Program-made: the position numbers and the translations under genes
Assembly: GCA_963847705.1 (NCBI GenBank)
Contig: CAWKBC010000030.1
Coordinates: forward strand, 64,001 to 128,000
DNA from: an uncultured Pseudomonadota bacterium
Lineage (GTDB): Bacteria > Myxococcota_A > Polyangia > Fen-1088
DNA: 64,000 bases
Direction: 5' to 3'
In this document: positions 41,684 to 51,393 of the stretch, piece by piece
How positions within the stretch are numbered: position 1 is the first letter of the stretch
Layout: each line of letters opens with the position of its first letter
Notes under the pieces: generated by a model
What the model was told of the DNA's origin: nothing
Database searches by the model: none
What the model saw: the letters and a program-made list of their open reading frames with translations, nothing else

Positions 41684-43611
41684 AACTTTCGACCGACCGG
41701 GCGCTTGCGACGGGTCCGGGCCCCGGGGACGAAAATGGCCTCAGCAGCCAAGGTCTTGGCGATGATCCGCTCGGCCTCCCGGCCTGCAATTCCCAGGGCA
41801 GCGGCCAGGATTCCCAGAAAGAGGCCCAGTCCCCCTCGCATGGCGAGGGTGCTCCTGTTGCGCGAGCGCTCCAAACGGATGGGCGAGACATCGAAGCGGG
41901 ACTCTGCAGAGACCTTCTCGAGGTTCAGCTGAATCTCGGCCTGCTTGAGCTTCGCAAACAGATCGGTGTGAAACTGCATCGTCGCTTCTTGCCGGTGGTC
42001 CAGGTCTGACAGGTGTTGCTCGACCCGCGGCAGGTCGCGCACCACCCGCTGAACCTGGCCCAGGTTCTTCTCGACGTCAGAAAGGTTGGCGCGCGTCGCG
42101 GCGACCTGGGTCCGCAGCTTCTCTGCGTTCGAGCGCGCCAGCTGATAGTTGGGGTCGGACTCGCGACTCAAGGGGGAGGTCGGTGATTGAAGCTCGTCCT
42201 TGATCAGCGTCTCCAGGCGTTGCTTTTGGTCCTTGAGAGCCAGGACTTCCGGATGACCTTCCCCGAGCCCGCGGCCGTAGGCCTCGGTCAGCTTGCGATT
42301 CACCTCGGTCAGCGACTGCCGGTAAGACTCCGAATACTGAAACTTCCGCTGGGCTTCGGGTCTATTGGTCTTCAGCTGATCCTCCGCCGCCGCCAGCTCG
42401 CCCTCGAGTTGGTGAAGCTGAGACGACAGCTCGGTCCGGCGGGTCTCCAGATCGAATCGGCTGGAGTGCGTCTGCTGAGAGTCTTCCGGGAGCCGATCCG
42501 CGTTCTCTTCTCGATAGCTCGCCCTCTCGTTGCTGACCCGGTCGACGTCGCCTTCCACCGTCTTCAACTGGTCGCGAAGGAAGTCCGCCTTGGCGCTGAG
42601 CTCCCGGACCGACCGCGCGATCTCTGCCTGCACGTAGTCCCTGATGTGGAGCGCCAGGAACTCCTGGGGCGAAGGCTGCGCCGAGGCCCTGTCTTTGTAC
42701 GTGACCCGGAACGTGTGATCGCCGATCTCATCCACCTTGAAGCGGCTGGCCATCGAGGTGACGTGGGCATCCGTCAGATCCTGGACGTTGAGCTTCTTGA
42801 GGGTGGTTCGAAGCAGATCGGCCTGGGTCATGGCGCGCTCTGCACCCTTCGCAAACAGGGTCGAGTCGCGCTCACTGTTCTGCCACGGGTCCTCGTTCGG
42901 GCTGGCGGAGAGCGTCATGTGCGGCATCAGCTTGACCTCGGACACCGCAGCGACGCCCGGAGGAACCACGAAGAGCGACATGATTCCCAGCAGGGCGCCG
43001 GCGAGAGCGAAAGCGCCTATGAAGAGGCTGCGTTCGCGGACGAAATGGTAGGCGGCGACCGCCTTGCGCAGCATGTCGGCCAGCGACGGACCGTCCGCAT
43101 CATCCTCTCCCCGCTCGCGAGGGCGAACGGGCTCGCCCGCCAGAGGGGGGACGATGGTCGGGACCAGCATCGCGCCCTTCATGGGGGCTCGCATGATCCG
43201 ATCGGGGAGCCGAACGGTCGCGCTGGTCGGTCGATCGAGGAGAAACATGAACTCGACGTTCCCGACCGTCACCTGGTCACCGTTGCGCAGCTGCGATCGA
43301 GAGGTGCGCTTTCCAGCGACGAAGGTCCCGTTCGTGGAGTCCAGGTCGACGATCTCGAAGCCCTGGCTGTTCTGCATGATCCGGGCGTGGTGCGAAGAGA
43401 CGGAAGCATCGGCGATGCTCACCTCCGCCTCGTCCGCCCTTCCCAGCAGCACGGAGCTGGTCTTGATCGCGTAGATCCGTTGCGGGTGCTCGCCCACGAA
43501 GAGCACCACGTACGCCAGCGCCTTCTCGGAGCGGACCGCCTGTCCCAACTCGGAATCGAGACCACCGCCCATCCCCGGCTCGCTGCTATCTGACGCCCTC
43601 TCCCCGGCCAT
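41680..43611 (-). CDS. FHA-domain / polysaccharide co-polymerase (Wzc/GumC-like) fusion lacking a tyrosine-kinase domain
   Basis: FHA 'LLGR...VSSHHA...DLDSTNGT...LRNGD'; TM1; coiled-coil with 'GEGHPEVLAL'; TM2; ~30-aa tail with no Walker A and no Tyr cluster. Confidence 0.85.
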   Translation of the reverse strand: MAGERASDSSEPGMGGGLDSELGQAVRSEKALAYVVLFVGEHPQRIYAIKTSSVLLGRADEAEVSIADASVSSHHARIMQNSQGFEIVDLDSTNGTFVAGKRTSRSQLRNGDQVTVGNVEFMFLLDRPTSATVRLPDRIMRAPMKGAMLVPTIVPPLAGEPVRPRERGEDDADGPSLADMLRKAVAAYHFVRERSLFIGAFALAGALLGIMSLFVVPPGVAAVSEVKLMPHMTLSASPNEDPWQNSERDSTLFAKGAERAMTQADLLRTTLKKLNVQDLTDAHVTSMASRFKVDEIGDHTFRVTYKDRASAQPSPQEFLALHIRDYVQAEIARSVRELSAKADFLRDQLKTVEGDVDRVSNERASYREENADRLPEDSQQTHSSRFDLETRRTELSSQLHQLEGELAAAEDQLKTNRPEAQRKFQYSESYRQSLTEVNRKLTEAYGRGLGEGHPEVLALKDQKQRLETLIKDELQSPTSPLSRESDPNYQLARSNAEKLRTQVAATRANLSDVEKNLGQVQRVVRDLPRVEQHLSDLDHRQEATMQFHTDLFAKLKQAEIQLNLEKVSAESRFDVSPIRLERSRNRSTLAMRGGLGLFLGILAAALGIAGREAERIIAKTLAAEAIFVPGARTRRKRPVGRKF

Positions 43612-43709
43612 TGTTTGGACAACCGCGTTCCAGTGAAGGACGAGTTTTAGCACATCCGCCGGCCGATCTCAAAGGCACCACGCCGCGTCAGGCGGGCGTG
43701 CAGGGCGGG

Positions 43710-45275
43710 TCAGCCGCCCGGCGTCGACGATACGGCATGCCGGTGAGATGCCTTCACCGCGTGCCGAGCGATCCCGACGGTGAGCAGCGCCGCAAGAACT
43801 CCCAGCGCCACCGACAGCGAGATGATGAGCGTTCGGCGCCTGTCGAATCGGCTCGTCGGCTCCGAGCTGATGCTGCGCCCGGGGATGACCATCGTCTGGG
43901 CGAAATTCTTTCCGCTGGGCGTCGGCTGGGGCTCCGGCACCGACAGAGGCATCGCGACCGTGGGTGGCAACCCCGTGGCGGCCTGCTGCGCCAGGTCCAC
44001 ACGGCGTCGAACGACCTCGTCTGTCCCCGAGAGCTCGCGGCGGACAAACGCCCCCACCGCCGTCGATGGCGCGATCAGGTCGTTGTTGAATCCGACCTTG
44101 AGGAGGGCCTGGGCCATCTCTTCGGCGCTGGCGTAGCGACCTTCTCGGGGACGACTGAGCGCCCGCAGACAGATCTCGTCGAAACAGGCCGGGGCCCCGT
44201 GGACGCTGGGAGGCGTGATCTCCTTGCGCAAGACGTTCGCGATGATCTGTTCGTAGCTGTCGGCCGAAAACAGCGCCTGGCCGGTGAGCGCCGTCCACAT
44301 CACCACACCGACGGCGAAGATGTCGGTGCGGGCGTCCAGCGGTTCCACGTACAGCTGCTCGGGGGCCATGAAGGCGGGTTTGCCGAGGTTCGTGGGATCG
44401 GCCTGCCCGGTCTCCCCGAGCGCGGTGAAGCGGGCGCTGCCGAAATCCGTCAGTCGGGCCACCCCGTCCGTCCCGACCAGGATGTTGGGCGGGGAGACGT
44501 CGCCGTGGACGAGCCCGAGCCACTTCCCCTCCTCGTCCGAGAGCTCGTGGGCGCTCTGGAGGCCGCGCAGCAGATCGAGGAGCACGCTCACCAGGATGTC
44601 CGGCGGGACGGGGCGGCCGAATGAGAGCTCCTCCAGGTTGGTCCCCTCGACGAACTGCAGCACGAGGTAGGGCTGGTTCTTGTAGGTGCCCACGTCGACC
44701 ACCGATTGGGTGTTGGGGTGATCGAGCCAGCTTCCCACCTGAACTTCCCGGATGAAGGATCTCTCGGCCGCCTGCTCCTGCCCCGAGTCCTGACGGACGA
44801 CCTTGATGGCAAACAGGCGCCGAAAGCCCACCGCGCCGGTGCGGCGCCCCGCGTACACCGACCCCATTCCCCCCTGGCCGAGCCGCGCCGAGACCTCATA
44901 GGGTCCGAGCTGGAAGAGAGCCTCTGCGCCCTTGCCACGGATGGTGACTTCCTTTGCCTCGACCGGAACCAACACCCGACGGCTGCAGAGCCTCCGCAGG
45001 GATCGGATCGTCGCCTCTTCCGAGAGGCCAGAGAGTCCCGCCAGGCGGGCGACCGATAATCGGCCATCGACCAGGCCCAGCAGGAGGCGCTCCTCGGCCC
45101 GGAGGCTCGGCAAGACGACGGATCCACCCGCCACGGCGAGCCCGGACGACAACTCACGCTCGCCGTCCGCGGTCGGCCGGTCCGCCCTGGCAATGACCCG
45201 CTGAGAGACCGTGAGGACCGTGGTGCGCCGGAGAACCGGACCACCTGGGTCGTCTTCTCTCACTGGTTGCGGCAC
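43710..45275 (-). CDS. Membrane-anchored Hanks-type Ser/Thr protein kinase
   Basis: 'LGQGGMGSVY', 'AIK', 'FIRE', 'HGDVSPPNILV', 'DFG', 'FMAPE', 'DIFAVG'; C-terminal TM. Confidence 0.93.
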   Translation of the reverse strand: MPQPVREDDPGGPVLRRTTVLTVSQRVIARADRPTADGERELSSGLAVAGGSVVLPSLRAEERLLLGLVDGRLSVARLAGLSGLSEEATIRSLRRLCSRRVLVPVEAKEVTIRGKGAEALFQLGPYEVSARLGQGGMGSVYAGRRTGAVGFRRLFAIKVVRQDSGQEQAAERSFIREVQVGSWLDHPNTQSVVDVGTYKNQPYLVLQFVEGTNLEELSFGRPVPPDILVSVLLDLLRGLQSAHELSDEEGKWLGLVHGDVSPPNILVGTDGVARLTDFGSARFTALGETGQADPTNLGKPAFMAPEQLYVEPLDARTDIFAVGVVMWTALTGQALFSADSYEQIIANVLRKEITPPSVHGAPACFDEICLRALSRPREGRYASAEEMAQALLKVGFNNDLIAPSTAVGAFVRRELSGTDEVVRRRVDLAQQAATGLPPTVAMPLSVPEPQPTPSGKNFAQTMVIPGRSISSEPTSRFDRRRTLIISLSVALGVLAALLTVGIARHAVKASHRHAVSSTPGG

Positions 45276-45417
45276 TCCGTAGCCCCCCCTCTTCGCCGGA
45301 GCGATCGAATGTCTTGCTCAGCGGCTTCTATCATATGTTATGAAATCCTGCGACAGCGAGACAAACCCAGACCGTTACGTTTCATCCCCGAGAGCTCGAC
45401 TTTTCGAAAGTGGCGCA

Positions 45418-46437
45418 ATGATTGACGTGGCAACGATCGTCGTGAACTACCGCACCCCAGCGGCGACGATCGACGCGGTCGCGGCGCTCGGCAAGGACCT
45501 CGACCGGCTGGAGAATCCGCTGGTGGTCGTGGTCGACAACGACTCCGGCGACGGTTCTGCAGAGCTGCTCGAAAAGGCGTTTTCCGAAACGAAATGGGCT
45601 GGTCGCGTGGTTGTCGTTCCCTCCGGGCACAATGGTGGATTTGGAAGCGGCGTCAACGTAGGCGTTCAACATGTTCTGAAATCGTTCGGCGCAGCTCGCT
45701 ATTTTTACATTCTAAATCCAGATGCAACGATCGATCCGGGTGCCCTCAACGCGCTTGTTTCATTCATGGCCGATCACCCCGACGCCGGGCTGGTGGGAAA
45801 CCTGGTGCGCAACACGGAGGGCGCGGGCGAGATCAGAGCCTTCCGGTTCCCTTCGATCTGGGGCGACCTGGAGGCAAGCGCAAACCTCGGTCTGCTCTCC
45901 CGGCTGCTTCACAACCACCGGGTGTCCATCAACCCCAGCGCCTCCTGCGAGGTGGATTGGGTGTCCGGTGTCAGCATGTTGTTCCGAGGCGAAGTGTTTT
46001 CGACCGTGGGCTTCTTCGATGAAGCCTACTTTCTCTACTTCGAGGAGATCGACTTCGCCAAACGAACGCGACAGGCGGGCTGGAAGACGTATTTCGTCGC
46101 CGACGTCGGGGTCGACCACATCGGAGCGCTCTCCACCGGCCTGAAGGACGAGTCCCGGCCCATGCCCCGGTATTGGTTCGAGTCGCGTCGTCGATACTTC
46201 GTGAAACATCACGGGCGTTTCTACGCCGCCGCCTGTGATGCAGCCTGGCTCTTCGGGCACGCGATCCTCAGGCTCAAGGGGAGCTTGCCGCGCCACCGCG
46301 AGACCTTCCGGCCAAACATTGGTCGTGACTTTCTCCGCTTCAGTCTGGCCAATGTCTTCAAGCCGGCGCCTGAAGCAGAGCAGTCAAAGGGGAGGGGCCC
46401 GTCTCATCGCGCGGCCCCCGACCAGGTCTCCGGCTAA
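45418..46437 (+). CDS. GT2 glycosyltransferase (WbbL/rhamnosyltransferase-like)
   Basis: 'IVVNY', 'VDNDS', 'NGGFGSG', 'LNPD', 'DWVSG', 'FLYFEEID'. Confidence 0.9.
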   Translation: MIDVATIVVNYRTPAATIDAVAALGKDLDRLENPLVVVVDNDSGDGSAELLEKAFSETKWAGRVVVVPSGHNGGFGSGVNVGVQHVLKSFGAARYFYILNPDATIDPGALNALVSFMADHPDAGLVGNLVRNTEGAGEIRAFRFPSIWGDLEASANLGLLSRLLHNHRVSINPSASCEVDWVSGVSMLFRGEVFSTVGFFDEAYFLYFEEIDFAKRTRQAGWKTYFVADVGVDHIGALSTGLKDESRPMPRYWFESRRRYFVKHHGRFYAAACDAAWLFGHAILRLKGSLPRHRETFRPNIGRDFLRFSLANVFKPAPEAEQSKGRGPSHRAAPDQVSG

Positions 46438-46453
46438 CCGGGCTGTTTCGAGG

Positions 46454-47476
46454 TCACCGGTCGGTCACCGTTCCGGTGGTGGCGGGTCCCTTGTATTCGA
46501 TCAGATTCGATTGGCGGCCGCCGACCCGGCGAATCCAGTAGAGCGCCTGTCCGAGCATCTGGGGGACCTTCCCGATCGTGCAGAAGAGAGCGTAAAGGGC
46601 CGAATCCCGAGGGGAGAGACCGCGCAACCGCGAGGAGCGATAGATGCGAGCGGCGAGAACCCCGTAGGCGGCGAGGAGACCAAGCCCGAGCCCGCCGGTC
46701 GGTACCGCCAGCCCCAGCGCGAGGCCGGGAAGGACCAGCCCCCAGAGCCAGTTGCTTCGGACCTCCCGCACCCAGTGGTGCTCGGGTTCATGCCCGTGAC
46801 GGGCGGCGCCTTCCGCGTAGGCGTGACCGGCCCGGACCCCGCGCTTCCACCATTGCCGGAATTGCGTCATCGCCACGTCGTGAAGCGTCATCCCGGCGTC
46901 GATCCGCCAGATCTTCCAACCGAGACGCCGCAACCGGAGGCAGAGATCCGGCTCCTCGCCCGCGATGAGCGAGGGATCGAAGCCGCCGACGGCGCGCAAC
47001 GCGTCGACCCGCATGAGCGCGTCGCCGCCGCACGCGCTCACCAACCCGAACGGGGAGACGTTCCACTCGAGATCGCACAGGCGGTTGTAGATCGATCGGT
47101 CGGGGTAGCGCTCTTGCCGCCGGCCGCAGACGACGCCGAAGTGGGCATCGGCTGCAAACTCGCGCTCGGCCCGCTCCAGCCACCCGGCGGCCACCTCGCA
47201 GTCACCATCCACGAACTGGACGAGCTCCAGCGTGGGAACGGCTTCCAGGAGGCTCGCCAGCCCGGCGTTTCGGGCGCGCGCCGCCGTGAAGGGCACCGCG
47301 CGATCGAGCTCGACCACCCCCACCCCCATCGCCCGGGCCAGCTCCACGCTGCCGTCGGTCGAGCCGGAGTCGACGTAGATGACCGCCGCCACCCGACCGA
47401 CCAGCGAGGAGAGGCAGGTCCGCAGCCGTTCGCCCTCGTTTCGCCCGATCGCGACGGCCCCGACCTGGGGAGTCAC
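46454..47476 (-). CDS. GT2 glycosyltransferase
   Basis: 'IGRNEGERL', 'VDSGSTD', 'ARARNAG', 'VDGD', 'GEEPDLC'; GTGA overlap with the upstream stop. Confidence 0.9.
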   Translation of the reverse strand: MTPQVGAVAIGRNEGERLRTCLSSLVGRVAAVIYVDSGSTDGSVELARAMGVGVVELDRAVPFTAARARNAGLASLLEAVPTLELVQFVDGDCEVAAGWLERAEREFAADAHFGVVCGRRQERYPDRSIYNRLCDLEWNVSPFGLVSACGGDALMRVDALRAVGGFDPSLIAGEEPDLCLRLRRLGWKIWRIDAGMTLHDVAMTQFRQWWKRGVRAGHAYAEGAARHGHEPEHHWVREVRSNWLWGLVLPGLALGLAVPTGGLGLGLLAAYGVLAARIYRSSRLRGLSPRDSALYALFCTIGKVPQMLGQALYWIRRVGGRQSNLIEYKGPATTGTVTDR

Positions 47477-48018
47477 GACGCCTTGTCCGCGGTCGTTCCG
47501 CCCCGCACCACCCGCGCCGGGACGCCCAGGGCCACCGCACCGGCCGGGATGTCGTCGCAAACCACGGCGTTCGCGCCGATCGTCGCCCCATCGCCGATGT
47601 GAACCGACCCCAGCACCTTGGCGCCCGCGCCGACCGACACCCGGCTCCCCAGGCGGGGGGCCTCGAGAGGTCGGTCGGAACGGCGGTTCCCCAGCGTGAC
47701 GTCTTGTCGGATGATGCAGTCGTCGCCGATCTCGGCGTGGCCGTGGATGACGATTCCGCTCTGGTGCTCGATGATGACCCGCCGACCGACGCGCGCCGTG
47801 TACGGCAGCTCGATCCCGTAGAGATTGCGAACGCTTCGGAAGAGCACGCGATAAAGTACACTGAGGGGCGCCCGGAGAACCTTGGGGCCGATCCCCATCC
47901 GCCAAGTGCCGAACCGATGGACAGCCAATGCCTGGAAACCGGGACGTGTGACGTCACGATCGTGCGCTTCCCAGTCCTCGACGATCTGGGTGATCAGGCT
48001 GAGTCCCATGAAATTCAC
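47473..48018 (-). CDS. Serine-O-acetyltransferase-like hexapeptide acetyltransferase (WcaB-like)
   Basis: Hexapeptide repeats 'IGDDCIIRQDVTLG', 'VGAGAKVLG', 'IGANAVV', 'GVPAR'. Confidence 0.88.
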   Translation of the reverse strand: MNFMGLSLITQIVEDWEAHDRDVTRPGFQALAVHRFGTWRMGIGPKVLRAPLSVLYRVLFRSVRNLYGIELPYTARVGRRVIIEHQSGIVIHGHAEIGDDCIIRQDVTLGNRRSDRPLEAPRLGSRVSVGAGAKVLGSVHIGDGATIGANAVVCDDIPAGAVALGVPARVVRGGTTADKAS

Positions 48019-48071
48019 ACCTCGTTTCTCCGTTCATAACATGGCTGGACCCGAAGCCTGATGGGCACATT

Positions 48072-49268
48072 TTGCTAGAGGCGTTCCTCTCCGCGCTGGG
48101 CGTGGCGCTGCTGTTGCCGGCTGTCGTGCTGCTCATGGAGACGGCGGCGGCCTTCCTGCCGGCGCGCCGCCGGATCCAGCACGATGCCACCGTCACTCCG
48201 CGCGTCGTCGTCCTCGTGCCTGCGCACAACGAAGCGGCGCAGATCGCGGAGACGGTGGGCGCGCTGGTCCAGGACCTGCCGGCTCAGGGGACCGTCCTCG
48301 TCGTCGCCGACAACTGCGCGGACGAGACCGCGGCCCTGGCGAGAGGCGCCGGGGCGACGGTCATCGAGCGCCAGGATCTGTCGCGCGTGGGCAAGGGATT
48401 CGCGATCTCGAAGGGGCTCGAGCATCTTGCCGAGTTGCCTCCCGACGTGGTGGTCATCTTCGACGCCGACTGCCGGATCTCGGAGGGCGGCGTCGCCACT
48501 CTCGCCCGGGCGGCGGCGCGATTCCGGCGACCGGTTCAGGCCGAGTATCTGCTGGGCGCTCCGGGGATCCAGGACCCGATGGTGGTGGTGAGCGCCATGG
48601 CCGTCCTGCTCCGCAACCGAATTCGGCCGCGCGGTTTGGACCGACTGGGGTTGCCCTGCACCCTCACGGGGAGCGGCATGGCCTTCACCTGGGACGTTTT
48701 GCGCGCGGCACCGGAGACGGGCGCCAACCTGGTCGAGGATCTGGTCATGGGGATCGACCTCGCGCTGCGGGGGCACCCGGCCAAGCTGTGCTCGGAGGTC
48801 AAGGTGAACAGCGTCCTGCCGTCGAGCGGCGCCGCCAGTGTGCGGCAACGGCGTCGCTGGGAGCACGGGCATCTTCACACCCTGATGACCTACGCGCCCC
48901 GGCTGCTGGTCGCCGGGATTGTGCGCCGGCGACTGTCACTCATCGCGCTGGGCCTGGACCTGATCATCCCGCCGCTCGCCCTTCTGGTCCTGCTTCAGAC
49001 GGTCCTGCTGGGGGTGACGCTCCTCTCTTACGCGCTGAAGGCGACCTCGCTGATCCCGGTGACCCTCGTCGCGGCGGGCCTCGGTCAGGTCGTTCTGGCG
49101 GTGGCGGCCGCCTGGATCGGGTTCGGCAGACAGACGATTCGTTTTCGCCAGCTCGCCTTGATGCCGCTCTATCTGGCCCGGAAAGCTCCTTTCTATCTGG
49201 CCTTGATCCTCCGGGGCCGGCAACGGAAATGGGAGCGCACCACCCGCAAGGGTGAGCCGCCGGGCTAA
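48072..49268 (+). CDS. GT2 membrane glycosyltransferase (QxxRW type)
   Basis: 'VPAHNE', 'ADNCAD', 'GKG', 'DAD', 'VED', 'QRRRW'; C-terminal TMs. Confidence 0.9.
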   Translation: MLEAFLSALGVALLLPAVVLLMETAAAFLPARRRIQHDATVTPRVVVLVPAHNEAAQIAETVGALVQDLPAQGTVLVVADNCADETAALARGAGATVIERQDLSRVGKGFAISKGLEHLAELPPDVVVIFDADCRISEGGVATLARAAARFRRPVQAEYLLGAPGIQDPMVVVSAMAVLLRNRIRPRGLDRLGLPCTLTGSGMAFTWDVLRAAPETGANLVEDLVMGIDLALRGHPAKLCSEVKVNSVLPSSGAASVRQRRRWEHGHLHTLMTYAPRLLVAGIVRRRLSLIALGLDLIIPPLALLVLLQTVLLGVTLLSYALKATSLIPVTLVAAGLGQVVLAVAAAWIGFGRQTIRFRQLALMPLYLARKAPFYLALILRGRQRKWERTTRKGEPPG

Positions 49269-49367
49269 GGACGAGACTGGTACCGCTCGTCGCGCTCCCT
49301 CAGGTCCGCCGGACTCCTTTTGATAAGGGCGCTCCCTTCGGATATTCTCGCCACGGTTCAGGCGGAG

Positions 49368-50120
49368 ATGATCGAACGCATTCAGATCGGCCAGGTTCCG
49401 ATCGACAAGGTGGATCTGCCGGGGACGTTGGCGGCCATCGGCGCGATGATCGATTCCCGCACGGGGGGAATGATCTTCACGCCGAACGTCGACCACATCG
49501 TGCTGGCGGAGGACGACGAGCGCTTTCGGCGGGCCTACCAGCGGGTCAGCCTTTCGCTGGTCGATGGAACACCGGTGCTCTGGGCGGCGCGTCTCCTCGG
49601 CCAACCGCTGCCAGAAAAGGTCTCGGGTTCCGATCTCGTCATTCCTCTCATGGAGCGAGCGGCCGCCAAGGGCTGGCGCGTGTTTCTCCTCGGTGGTGAG
49701 CCTCGTTCCGGGGAGGTCGCGACGATGCGGCTCAAGGAACGATTTCCGGAGCTGAAGCTCGTGGGCACGGCCGGGCCCCGGATCGATCTCCAAAGCGAAG
49801 TTGGTGAGAGGCTGGCGGTCGCCAGGCAGGTCGCCGCGACGGCGCCGGACCTGGTGCTGGTGGCGTTCGGCGCTCCCAAGCAGGAGATTTTCTGCGACGA
49901 AGCGCTCGATGTCCTCAAGCCTGCCGTCCTGGTCTGCGTCGGCGCGGGGATCGACTTCATCTCCGGCGTGGCGCGCCGGGCTCCGGCCTGGATGTCGCGT
50001 TGCGGAATCGAATGGCTGTACCGATTGGCCCACGAGCCGCGCCGGCTCGCCGGCCGCTACCTCCTGCGCGATCCGAAATTCATCCCAATCCTGCTGCGTC
50101 AGATGCGCGAGCGTCGGTAA
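49368..50120 (+). CDS. WecB/TagA/CpsF family glycosyltransferase (GT26)
   Basis: 'TPNVDH', 'DG', 'VSGSDL', 'GAPKQE', 'RAPAW', 'EPRRLAGRY'. Confidence 0.92.
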   Translation: MIERIQIGQVPIDKVDLPGTLAAIGAMIDSRTGGMIFTPNVDHIVLAEDDERFRRAYQRVSLSLVDGTPVLWAARLLGQPLPEKVSGSDLVIPLMERAAAKGWRVFLLGGEPRSGEVATMRLKERFPELKLVGTAGPRIDLQSEVGERLAVARQVAATAPDLVLVAFGAPKQEIFCDEALDVLKPAVLVCVGAGIDFISGVARRAPAWMSRCGIEWLYRLAHEPRRLAGRYLLRDPKFIPILLRQMRERR

Positions 50121-50193
50121 CGTGGGCGATGTCCGGGAAGCATCGTCATCGAGATTCGCTCGGGCATCGGATATCATCGGCTAGAAACAGGTC

Positions 50194-51393
50194 GTGCGAG
50201 TCGGATACCTCATCCCGGAATTTCCAGGACAGACCCACGTCTTCTTCTGGCGTGAGATCGTGGCGTTACGTGCCCAGGGGGTCTCCGTTCGGCTTCTCTC
50301 GACCCGCCGGCCCGCAGCGAGCTGTCGGCACGAGTTTGCGGCCGCCGCGACCGCAGAGACTCACTATCTGTTCCCTCCCCGAATCTCCGCGCTCCGGCGG
50401 TGGGTCGTACGGGGCGCGCCCGGCCTCCAGGGCGCCCTTCGGTACCTGAACAGCCTCTCTCCGCGGGGACTCAAGGCGCGCTCGCGCAGCCTCGCCATTC
50501 TGGCGTCCGCGATCGATCTCCTGGAGTACGCGCGGGAAGAGAGACTCGACCACATCCACGCCCACTCGTGCGCCGACGCGGCGCACGTCGTCGCTCTTTG
50601 CCGCAAGCTCGGGGGCCCACCGTACAGTCTCACCCTGCATGGAGATCTGGGCGTCTACGGGACGGATCACCGGCTGAAGATGGAGGGGGCCGCGTTCATC
50701 GCGGCGGTCGGTAGCCACTTGGTGCGCCAGATCGTGAGCGAGGTGGGTCTTCCGCAGGACCGCCTCCTCGCCACCTGCATGGGCGTCGACACCAGCCGCC
50801 TCGCGGGGCTCGACGTGAAACCCTCGGCGCGGGTCGGTCAGCTGCGGATCGCCACGGTCGCCCGTCTCAATCCGATGAAAGGCCACCTGCACGCGCTCGC
50901 CGCCGTCCGGCGGGCAGTGGATGAAGGAGCGGACATCGAGTACACGATCGCGGGGGAGGGCGAGTACCGCCCGGAGATCGAAAAATGCGTCCAGGCGCTG
51001 GCGCTCGAGGATCGCGTGCGCCTCGTCGGGACGCTGTCTGAATCCGAGGTGCTGTCGCTCCTGTCACGCACCGATGCCTTCGTGTTGGCAAGCGTGGGTG
51101 CGGGCGAAGCTTGGCCCGTCTCGGTGATGGAAGCCATGGGGGCAGGGGTGCCGGTGATCTCTTCGGTGATAGGTGCCACGCCCGAGATGATCACCTCCGG
51201 CGTGGACGGGATCCTGGTCGAGCAGCGCGACGAGGCGGGTCTGGCAGCAGCGATGCTGCACCTCGCCCGGGATCCCCAGGCGCGAATCCGCATGGGCGAC
51301 AATGCCCGTGCGACCGCCCAACGTCGCTTCGAGGTGAGCGTGACGGCCGGACGCCTGATCGAGGCGCTCGGTGGCGCGTCGTCGCCTCTCTAG
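50194..51393 (+). CDS. GT4 glycosyltransferase
   Basis: 'PEFPGQTHVFFWRE', 'HIHAH', 'ARL...KG', 'EAWPVSVMEAM'. Confidence 0.9.
   Translation: MRVGYLIPEFPGQTHVFFWREIVALRAQGVSVRLLSTRRPAASCRHEFAAAATAETHYLFPPRISALRRWVVRGAPGLQGALRYLNSLSPRGLKARSRSLAILASAIDLLEYAREERLDHIHAHSCADAAHVVALCRKLGGPPYSLTLHGDLGVYGTDHRLKMEGAAFIAAVGSHLVRQIVSEVGLPQDRLLATCMGVDTSRLAGLDVKPSARVGQLRIATVARLNPMKGHLHALAAVRRAVDEGADIEYTIAGEGEYRPEIEKCVQALALEDRVRLVGTLSESEVLSLLSRTDAFVLASVGAGEAWPVSVMEAMGAGVPVISSVIGATPEMITSGVDGILVEQRDEAGLAAAMLHLARDPQARIRMGDNARATAQRRFEVSVTAGRLIEALGGASSPL

Noticed and set aside
48060-48078. Sigma-54 promoter-like GGCAC...TTGC
   Set aside because: GG-to-GC spacing is 8-9 nt rather than the required 10.
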